A stretch of DNA of 64,000 nucleotides from an uncultured virus (IMG/VR IMGVR_UViG_3300021400_005597) (Duplodnaviria; Heunggongvirae; Uroviricota; Caudoviricetes). The translations under genes and the position numbers were made by a program. The notes below the pieces were generated by a model. It saw nothing but the letters and a program-made list of their open reading frames with translations. It had not been told where the DNA came from and did no database searches. Location: the IMG/VR virus record IMGVR_UViG_3300021400_005597. One strand, given 5' to 3'. This document shows positions 40,044-47,834 of this stretch, piece after piece (the stretch's first letter is position 1; every line of letters begins with the position of its first letter).

Positions 40044-40475
40044 GTTTTAGATATCTATTATTTATTATATATTTAAAAGTCTCTGGATTTGATTACATCT
40101 ATTCTATCGGCTTTAGATATCGGTTATTTATTAAATATCTAAAAGCTTAAAACTATTGACGAAGCGAAAGATTTTGTTTTAGATGTCTGTTATTTATTAG
40201 GTATCTAAAAGGAGCCATCTAAAATCTGGTAGCGTCTCGAAGTTTTAGATACCTGTTATTCATTAGATATCTAAAAGTGCTATAACAGTCTTAATATAAT
40301 CATTTTAGTTTTAGATATCTGTTATTTATTAGATATCTAAAAGAGCACAGTTGCCATAGCACTTATGCTCCAGGTTTTAGATATCTGTTATTTATTAGAT
40401 ATCTAAAAGTGTAGCAGGTCTTAACATTTTCATTCCAGCGTTTTAGATATCTGTTATTTATTAGATATCTAAAAG
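40044..40475 (-). CRISPR. CRISPR array: 7 repeats of 36 nt, 6 spacers of 30 nt
   Basis: Repeats start at 40044, 40110, 40176, 40242, 40308, 40374 and 40440 (66-nt period); minus-strand consensus CTTTTAGATATCTAATAAATAACAGATATCTAAAAC; degeneracy increases leftwards. Confidence 0.96.
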
Positions 40476-40669
40476 GTCAAATCAACATTAGATATTAAAT
40501 TAACAGATATTGATAAAATAGTATTTCCTTCTAAATGCCCTGTAGCCATAAGAGATGTAAATATGGCTATCATTTGTTGAGCATTAAACTGAAAATGGTC
40601 TTTTATCATTTTTCCTACGGATTAGTGCCATCTCTCCATAAGGAAGGTTGCTAATTCAACCTATATTAT
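40476..40669 (-). ncRNA. tracrRNA/omegaRNA-like scaffold with anti-repeat
   Basis: Anti-repeat at 40488-40510; several hairpins; 7-bp loop-loop complement at 40551-40557/40629-40635. Confidence 0.7.
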
Positions 40670-42277
40670 TTATTTTTCAAGGTTCTTATATTTTTCCATT
40701 AATAATGGAAAATCTTTTTCGCATTCTTCTACATCATAAAAATCGTTTTTATTTTTTTTATTAATATGTGTAAGTAAAAATGCTCTATATATTATTTGTG
40801 GAATCTTTTCATCTTCCACAGTTAATATTTTTTTAAATGGTGCTTCGCTAATACCCGTGTCATGCTTAAACCATTTAAATTTATCAGGGACTTTAATTCT
40901 TTCAATTTCGTCCATATCCATTTGTTTTAAACGATTATCAATTTTTGTTAATAAAGCAGATGGAGCAGAGGTTTGCGATATTTTTCTCTTTTCTTTGAGA
41001 TATTTGTATTCATCGTCTGTGTGTGTTTTACCTACTTCGTCATCCCATATTTCTTTTTGATTAAGGAAAGACACATCTTCCATGATAAATTTATTTCCCA
41101 TACCTAATATATAATTACAAATATCCCATTGCTTTAAGTCTTTTTTTATACCTTCAATACGGAACAATTCACTTTTATTTTGGACTTCTTGCATATAATG
41201 GTTTGACCTATACCATTTTTTACGCATTTTTTGTCCATTTGGTCTTGTATAGGCTCTTTTTATTCTTCCATCTTTATGATAGTTTTGACGGTTATTTACA
41301 TATCTAAGATATGTAATTTTTTTATCGGTTTCTGCTTTTTTTTCTTCTAGTTGTTTATAATCATCAGGAAGCAAAGACGCAATAAATATTTCGTCATTAT
41401 TTATGGCACATATTGTATTCTGATAAATAGAAATAGAAACTAATCCGGTTTTATCATATTTATGTTTTTGACTGCCATTTTTGTTATAAGTAATAGGTGG
41501 TAAACCTACATAAGAAACAATAAGCATATATTTAGTTTTATTTTTAACCTGTGTAGCTTTTATAGTTACACGCTTTATGCGATTATTTAATGCTTCTTTT
41601 TGATAATCAGTTAAATCTTTATTTGGAATAAATATTTTGTTTTCTTTTTTTGTGGCTTGTCTATTTGATAATATAAGCGTATAACCGCTTTTGCCATCTT
41701 TTTCATCTTCAGTAAGCCTTATTCCTGATTTATTATCAGAAGCGAGCATTAATGTATCTCTAAATTTAGCTGTTTTAAATTTTGGTATAGGTAATTCGCC
41801 TTTTTTAGACAACTTTTTTGGATAATATCTTGATTCGAAACTTTCCCATAATGGCATCGCAACACCAAGTTGAGCCATAGTGGAATTAATATTTTCTTTA
41901 AAACAATTAAAGTTTGCGATTTCGCCAAGGAAATCATATTGTGTAAAACCATAATCTTTTAAAATAGCATTTTTTTCTTTATAAAGAGCCTTTAGTTCTC
42001 TTTCTTTTTCTTTCACAAGTTTAAGAGATTCCTTATCATCTGATTTTTTAAGTTCTCTAATTTCTGTATAAAGATTATCTATTTTACTGATTAAATCACG
42101 GTATGTATGTGTGCTTTCCATTTGTCTCATTCTTTTAAGCATTTTGCCAAGCATAGCATTGTAAATTTGCCTTTCACAATCCATGCGTTTTTTTAAATCA
42201 TCTTCCTGCCATTTAGCGAGATGTCTTAATGGAATTTTCACACAACTTATTTTTTCACCAGTTTTATTTAATGCCAT
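40670..42277 (-). CDS. TnpB/Cas12-like RNA-guided effector with inactivated RuvC
   Basis: N-terminal RQIYNAML; RuvC-I GLVSISIYQNTIC (Asp to Ser), RuvC-II IMEDVSF, SAPSALL, RuvC-III PQIIYRAFL (Asp lost); adjacent to the CRISPR array. Confidence 0.8.
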   Translation of the reverse strand: MALNKTGEKISCVKIPLRHLAKWQEDDLKKRMDCERQIYNAMLGKMLKRMRQMESTHTYRDLISKIDNLYTEIRELKKSDDKESLKLVKEKERELKALYKEKNAILKDYGFTQYDFLGEIANFNCFKENINSTMAQLGVAMPLWESFESRYYPKKLSKKGELPIPKFKTAKFRDTLMLASDNKSGIRLTEDEKDGKSGYTLILSNRQATKKENKIFIPNKDLTDYQKEALNNRIKRVTIKATQVKNKTKYMLIVSYVGLPPITYNKNGSQKHKYDKTGLVSISIYQNTICAINNDEIFIASLLPDDYKQLEEKKAETDKKITYLRYVNNRQNYHKDGRIKRAYTRPNGQKMRKKWYRSNHYMQEVQNKSELFRIEGIKKDLKQWDICNYILGMGNKFIMEDVSFLNQKEIWDDEVGKTHTDDEYKYLKEKRKISQTSAPSALLTKIDNRLKQMDMDEIERIKVPDKFKWFKHDTGISEAPFKKILTVEDEKIPQIIYRAFLLTHINKKNKNDFYDVEECEKDFPLLMEKYKNLEK

Positions 42278-42345
42278 TTTTGATCTCCATTATTTCAATA
42301 TTTATATATGTAAAATAAAAAAATAAAAAAAATAATGTAAAAAAT

Positions 42346-42377
42346 AACACCAGATAGGAAATATTTCTATCTGGTGC
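42346..42377. terminator. Intrinsic terminator upstream of the effector cassette
   Basis: CACCAGATAG-GAAATATTT-CTATCTGGTG. Confidence 0.6.
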
Positions 42378-42397
42378 TTTCTTTGTGAATAATTCTG

Positions 42398-42784
42398 TTA
42401 TTGCTGTTTATTTTCATATGGATCGTCTTTAATGTACCAGATGCACACAATAGCGTCATTTTCATTGCTGAAGAACGACCAGTAATCTTTGCCATTTACA
42501 TATATGAAATGCCCATATACACAAACACAGCATCTTTTATCATTATCTTTAAGGAAATCCTTTAATAATGGCCTTTCGCCTCGTTTATAATATACTTTCT
42601 TTGCTATGGGGAGATATTTACGGATATATTTATTTTCATCTTCCAAGCTAAGATAACCATTAGTTTGTAAGCCAGCAGGAAGTGGTGCTGTAAAAGGTGT
42701 TTTATATACATCTTCATAAGCTGAGCCTGTTCCAACGAAAGAACAAGGCATATTATTGTATTTTATATTAGGTGTTATTCTCAT
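42398..42784 (-). CDS. Hypothetical protein, possible Cys/His hydrolase fold
   Basis: 128 aa; PCS...GHF...D. Confidence 0.6.
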   Translation of the reverse strand: MRITPNIKYNNMPCSFVGTGSAYEDVYKTPFTAPLPAGLQTNGYLSLEDENKYIRKYLPIAKKVYYKRGERPLLKDFLKDNDKRCCVCVYGHFIYVNGKDYWSFFSNENDAIVCIWYIKDDPYENKQQ

Positions 42785-42793
42785 ATGTTATCC

Positions 42794-43093
42794 TTAAATG
42801 CACTTAATTGGGCTAGTCCTTTTAAAAGGGTAGTCAGCCATACGCTTGAAATACGAACTTCCAACAGCTTTTACATGATCACGAAGGTCTTTATTTGCAT
42901 CGTGAATTCTCAAACTCTGGAAATGGTTATCTGAATCAATAAAAGTGATTAATAAAAATGCACCATCAGCTACTATTTCTTTGTTATTTGAATAAAACTG
43001 ATGAATAAGCTTCTTGATTTTAAGATTATTGACATAATCTCCTTCTTCTAAAAGAATATCCTTAATAAAAGGTCCATCATAAAAAGTAATCAT
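42794..43093 (-). CDS. Hypothetical protein
   Basis: 99 aa with SD. Confidence 0.65.
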   Translation of the reverse strand: MITFYDGPFIKDILLEEGDYVNNLKIKKLIHQFYSNNKEIVADGAFLLITFIDSDNHFQSLRIHDANKDLRDHVKAVGSSYFKRMADYPFKRTSPIKCI

Positions 43094-43135
43094 TTGTTTT
43101 CTCCTTTGTTTATATATTTAATTTACCTTTGTAAA

Positions 43136-43684
43136 TTAGAAACCAATATTTTTCGTGTATAAGAATAAAGACAGCCCGGAAACAAGCATTAAGATGGCAA
43201 GCAGCCACGAGACCTTAACAGATGTTTCAGAACCTGATAAAACTTTAGCTATTCTGAATTTACCTATGCCAAATATGTATGGAACTCCTGATGGATTAAA
43301 CGAGTCTAAAAAGATATGAGACAGACCACCAATAAAGAACCCGGTAAGATAAGGTGTATATAGGAGACTAAAAAATAAACCAAAAACATATAAGAATATG
43401 TCGTGGAATATACCTCTGTGATTTGAACCTGTTTTTCCAAATAGCATCTGTATGCTGTTTATCATTGTGGAAAATGGCTTACAGAGTTGTCCCATATTGC
43501 TGTTTATGTTATCAATATCAGGGAATATAGAACCAATAATACCGCCCATCACAATTAAAGCGATGGCTGCCGGTTTATTAGTGATTATAATTGGTGTGTA
43601 ATTTGCAATAAAATCAATATTTAATGATACCATTGCAGATACGGTTAATCCATTTATTAGATGACAGTTACCATTCATAAGCAA
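43136..43684 (-). CDS. YdjM-like membrane metal-dependent hydrolase
   Basis: N-terminal His, FPDID, HRGIFH, SHIFLD; TM helices. Confidence 0.85.
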   Translation of the reverse strand: MLMNGNCHLINGLTVSAMVSLNIDFIANYTPIIITNKPAAIALIVMGGIIGSIFPDIDNINSNMGQLCKPFSTMINSIQMLFGKTGSNHRGIFHDIFLYVFGLFFSLLYTPYLTGFFIGGLSHIFLDSFNPSGVPYIFGIGKFRIAKVLSGSETSVKVSWLLAILMLVSGLSLFLYTKNIGF

Positions 43685-43794
43685 ATTCTCTAGTTATCTA
43701 AGGGTATTCATCGGGTATATTTCCCTATGTATCCTTGCAGGCCCGAAAGGATAACGATAACCTTCTAATAATATATGTAAAATAAAAAATAAAA

Positions 43795-44403
43795 TTATCT
43801 GTCTATACAAGATGCCAATAATAAGAATAAATCAGAATCAAGGCACTCTTTATTAAGTATCTGATATGCTGTAAATATTGTCTTTTTAGGCCTGTATGAA
43901 CGGGCTTCTGTTAAAGCATCATACATATCGCAAAAAGCAACAATCTGGGTTGCCGATTTTATCCTTTTAAGGCCATCAGGGTAACCTGTACCATCTAATT
44001 TTTCGTGATGGTGCAAAACAATGTCTTTCACGGTATCTGATAAAAAATCATTGTCTTTTATCATGTTGTAGCCGGCTAATGGGTGGTTACGGATAAGTTC
44101 AATTTCCTTTTTAGTAAGTTTCTCTTTTTTATTGAGAATTTTAGATGGTATAGACAGTTTGCCTATATCGTGGAGCAAAGCACCTCTTATGATATCGTTT
44201 GCTTCTTTCTTATCGAGTTTTAGGTGTTCTTCTGTGTCAATTTGGGAATAGCATATTTCTGCAACCAAATAAGCGACATTTAATGAATGTTTGAACACTT
44301 CGCATTTTTCATTTTTTAATCTGTATAAATATGGCTGAACATCTGGTTCTACTAAGATGCTGTCAACCAATAATCGTGGTTTATTCTGATGTTCCATCTT
44401 CAA
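43795..44403 (-). CDS. HD-GYP phosphodiesterase
   Basis: HSLNVA, LLHDIGK, HHHEKLDGTGYP, DMYDAL..RSYR. Confidence 0.92.
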   Translation of the reverse strand: MKMEHQNKPRLLVDSILVEPDVQPYLYRLKNEKCEVFKHSLNVAYLVAEICYSQIDTEEHLKLDKKEANDIIRGALLHDIGKLSIPSKILNKKEKLTKKEIELIRNHPLAGYNMIKDNDFLSDTVKDIVLHHHEKLDGTGYPDGLKRIKSATQIVAFCDMYDALTEARSYRPKKTIFTAYQILNKECLDSDLFLLLASCIDR

Positions 44404-44418
44404 TCCTTTCTATTTAGC

Positions 44419-44658
44419 TTAAACCAAATAATCCTTTAATCTGATTTTTAGATCGGAGATATTGTTTTCAGATGTATGGGCAGTTAAAACTAGAGGTTTT
44501 GATAAATCTAATGATAAAATACCCATTACTGACTTACCGTCAATCATAATACGCTTATTATTTTTTGGGCTGATATCAATATCATAATCAAGTTTCTGAA
44601 CAATATTGATATACTGTTTTATATTTTCAGTTGTGATATATATGATAATCTGCGACAT
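44419..44658 (-). CDS. HPr-family protein lacking His15
   Basis: IDGKSVMGILSL (Ser46 motif); start at MSQIII behind AGGGGA. Confidence 0.75.
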   Translation of the reverse strand: MSQIIIYITTENIKQYINIVQKLDYDIDISPKNNKRIMIDGKSVMGILSLDLSKPLVLTAHTSENNISDLKIRLKDYLV

Positions 44659-44780
44659 AATATCCCCTTTTAATACATATTTTAGATATATGTAAAAAAT
44701 AATTATTTTTTTAATGAAGAGAAAATAAACAATAAAATAGGGTGTCAAATGACGCCCTATATACTTAAAGGTTAATTTGG

Positions 44781-45725
44781 TTATTCGAGATATTCTCCTA
44801 AATCATGTTCACTTGCATCAACAATTTTTTCTAATACGGAGTCGTAAGCATAAGCGTGATTTGATAAAATTTCTTCATCTTCAACACTTTCTTTATTAAT
44901 AAAAGTTATCATATTATTTAAATCTTCAACGCTTGTTACGGCTGATTCAGGAACAACAATACATTCATGAATTGAAGACGGAAGAATATAAAAATCTTCA
45001 CCAAATCCTTCTGCTATTTCATTCATGAATTGTGTATTTAGAATACAAGACGCACCAAGTAAATTATTATGAGCAGACACAATAAACATAGGAGCATCTA
45101 ATTGGCCTATGTTTGAATGAGATATAGAGTTAAGAAAACAGCCAATCTGTTCCATAAAACAAGATCTATCAAGATTAGCAATAGCTTGTTTATGGATATC
45201 TTCTATTGTAATATTCCAATTATTAAGGAATTGCTCAGTAACAGTTACGGACGCATTTTTCGGTCCAAATGGTAAAAAGATTTTATAAATACAAGATAAA
45301 TCATCAAATTCCTGATGAACAATATTTTTTAATCTTTCTGTATTTAATTCTGTGTTGCAAAGTACAGGTATAATACGTGATTTAGCTTTTTCATAATCAA
45401 ATATTAAATCTGCCAGTTTTTCTTGCGGTAAAACAGGTTGATTTAATAAACAATCGCTTATCTGTCTTAATATTTCTTTTTTAGTAATCTGATTATTCTT
45501 ATATGCCTTATAAAAATCATCTACATAAACGATAGGTTTTATTCCTGATTCAAAATCTTTTGGTGTAAAATGAATGCCTGTTAAAGTAACATTGTTTTTG
45601 AGCACATTTTGTACAGTAATTGTGCTATTTTCAAGTATTTTTTTGCCTTCAGCAGATTGCTCTAAATATGCCGGCAGTTCTTTTGCGATACTTTCTGCAA
45701 ATTGTGTAATATGTTGTCTTTCCAT
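44781..45725 (-). CDS. DUF5688-family protein
   Basis: KNNVTLTG, PIVYV, GASCIL, YILPSSIHECI, LSNHAYAYD. Confidence 0.8.
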   Translation of the reverse strand: MERQHITQFAESIAKELPAYLEQSAEGKKILENSTITVQNVLKNNVTLTGIHFTPKDFESGIKPIVYVDDFYKAYKNNQITKKEILRQISDCLLNQPVLPQEKLADLIFDYEKAKSRIIPVLCNTELNTERLKNIVHQEFDDLSCIYKIFLPFGPKNASVTVTEQFLNNWNITIEDIHKQAIANLDRSCFMEQIGCFLNSISHSNIGQLDAPMFIVSAHNNLLGASCILNTQFMNEIAEGFGEDFYILPSSIHECIVVPESAVTSVEDLNNMITFINKESVEDEEILSNHAYAYDSVLEKIVDASEHDLGEYLE

Positions 45726-45806
45726 ATATAAATCTCCTTTTTATTTGGTATTTATATATGTAAAAAATATGCAAAAAAATAAGGCTACTTAATTGTAGCC
45801 TTAGTA

Positions 45807-45944
45807 TTATTCTTTATCTTCATCAGATTCTTTAGATTGCTCTTTTTCTTGTTCAATTTCTAATATTAGATTATCTATAAAAATCTTGCATTGTTTCATA
45901 GTTTCAATAGCGAGTTTGGTATCTTCCTTCGTTGCAAAGAAACT
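45807..45944 (-). pseudogene. 5'-truncated gene remnant (HEPN C-terminus-like?)
   Basis: Open frame SFFATKEDTKLAIETMKQC...DEDKE without a good start. Confidence 0.35.
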
Positions 45945-45947
45945 ATA

Positions 45948-46154
45948 TTAATTTTCCATTTCTGGTTCCGTATCATCTGTGCGTTCATTTAAAATATCAT
46001 AATAGTCATATGCTTGGATATTATCCTCAACCTGACTGATTTCTTCATCCAGAGCGTCAATTTCACTCTGTTTAGGAAACCAAGATGTGCCGATATCTGA
46101 TCTTAAATTTTTTAATTCTGTAAGTCTTTGTTCTAATTCAAGTCTATCGTTCAT
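45948..46154 (-). CDS. Small coiled-coil protein
   Basis: Start at MNDRL behind AAGGAG; motif at 46179. Confidence 0.65.
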   Translation of the reverse strand: MNDRLELEQRLTELKNLRSDIGTSWFPKQSEIDALDEEISQVEDNIQAYDYYDILNERTDDTEPEMEN

Positions 46155-46411
46155 GATTATAACTCCTTTCATATGAATATATGTAAAAATAGATAAAAAA
46201 AATAGACCTATTGGTCCTTATGATATAAAACGAATAGATAGTAGCGTCCCGGTTAAATGCCAGGTGAAAAGAACAAATGTTTGATAAGACGAAAGGTGGT
46301 TAGGAGTGGTTAGTAAAGTGGTTAATAGAAAGTAAGAAATCAGCATTGCCATTTACTATACAAAAAAGCCTACTCGGTAGAGTAGACTTTTAATATTAAT
46401 TTGAAATTTTA

Positions 46412-46807
46412 TTAATAATCTGGTTCTAATTCGCCATAATCGTCCCATTTATCTGGTGGTTCTAGAGCTTGTCCTGATAAATTATACCATTGACCGCAAT
46501 TATCACAGGCAAATGCTCCCATATATATGTCTATTATCTCATTTTCGCACCCACAAGAGCACTTTCCGATAGCAGGAGCCATATATGTATATTCTGTCTT
46601 AACAACGCCTAAATCGTCTATTTTATCGTTATTAAGGGCATAATCATAGTTTTCTTTGGCAATCGCCATGGTACCAGGTAATAAATTACCATCTTTATCA
46701 CAAGGGAAGCTGTAACCGGACGATGGATCGTGTTTCCATCTAAATTCTCTTGTATAATAGATATCAGTTACTTCATGTCTTGGTTTTATGATTGTAAGTT
46801 CGCTCAT
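46412..46807 (-). CDS. Hypothetical Zn-ribbon protein
   Basis: CSCG...CDNCG. Confidence 0.7.
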   Translation of the reverse strand: MSELTIIKPRHEVTDIYYTREFRWKHDPSSGYSFPCDKDGNLLPGTMAIAKENYDYALNNDKIDDLGVVKTEYTYMAPAIGKCSCGCENEIIDIYMGAFACDNCGQWYNLSGQALEPPDKWDDYGELEPDY

Positions 46808-46814
46808 AACTTAT

Positions 46815-47054
46815 TTATCCTAATTCTTCTGCGTCTTCTTCTATATTAGGTTCTTCAGTTTCTTCTATAATAACTTTTGCATCAGGTTCATTATAAATAA
46901 TGCTGCCCTCTGCTTGATACCATTTATTATCGTCAAAATATAATTCATATTTCCAAAAATTATAATCTTCATCTTTGAATTCTATACTTCCAGCACAAAG
47001 ATAAGGAATTATTTTCTTTAAGGTCTCATTTAATTTCTGTTCAGTATTGTCATC
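46815..47054 (-). pseudogene. 5'-truncated gene remnant
   Basis: About 79 open codons (DDNTEQKLNETLKK...EEDAEELG) with no start, abutting the nuclease stop codon. Confidence 0.5.
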
Positions 47055-47749
47055 TACCTTTCTTCAAATAAATCTTCGTATCCTTCCCAGATACCTACAC
47101 CATTGTCCATAGCAGCTTGTTCAAGTGCTACAAATCTGTCTGAATATGCTACATTAGGCTCTATTGTCATTACCTTGGCATATCCATTATTAAGTAAATA
47201 TTCCTGTACCATCTCGCCATCTTCAAAGTAAGCATAAGCAAGTACACGGTCATACTTATCATACATATTTACATCGAATTCCAAGTAAAGAGTTGTACCT
47301 TCAGGGAGTTTATCTTTCATAATATCTGAAATATCTTTGCCTTCTTTGGTATTTTCTTTACCGGACTGCTCCAAATAACTATCAGGAGCAACGGATTCAG
47401 GAGTATCCACTCCAATAAGACGAATTTTAGTATCTTCGCCATTTAATGAGACTACATAAGTGTCTCCGTCCACTACTCTTTTAACTGTTACCTGTGTTAA
47501 ATTCGCCAAATTATCGTTAGTGTCAACTTCATCAGTTGGCGTTTGTATATCGGTGTCAACTTCTGTAGTGGACTCCAAAGTTGTATCGCTTTGTGATATA
47601 ATAGGTTCTTCTACATAACTAGATGGCGATACATGAATTGTTTGAGTTGTATCAGCAATGGGCACATTACTACAACCAATTAAAAGTGCTGTTGTAAGTG
47701 TGATGCCTGCTGTTATAACGCCAAGTTTGAGTAATTTTTTATATTGCAT
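47054..47749 (-). CDS. Thermonuclease (SNase) lipoprotein
   Basis: LLIGC lipobox; VVDGDT, IRLIGVDTPE, DKYDRVLAY, GIW. Confidence 0.92.
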   Translation of the reverse strand: MQYKKLLKLGVITAGITLTTALLIGCSNVPIADTTQTIHVSPSSYVEEPIISQSDTTLESTTEVDTDIQTPTDEVDTNDNLANLTQVTVKRVVDGDTYVVSLNGEDTKIRLIGVDTPESVAPDSYLEQSGKENTKEGKDISDIMKDKLPEGTTLYLEFDVNMYDKYDRVLAYAYFEDGEMVQEYLLNNGYAKVMTIEPNVAYSDRFVALEQAAMDNGVGIWEGYEDLFEER

Positions 47750-47834
47750 AAAAATCTCCTTAAATATTGCTGTATTTATATGTAAAAAAATAAATAAAAA
47801 ATAAGATATCTCATTTAAGAGATATCTTATCAAA

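Noticed and set aside
40670..42277. Active IS200/IS605 or IS607 transposon, or Cas9/Cas13
   Set aside because: No TnpA; catalytic Asp residues missing; too short for Cas9/Cas13 and no HNH or paired HEPN motifs seen
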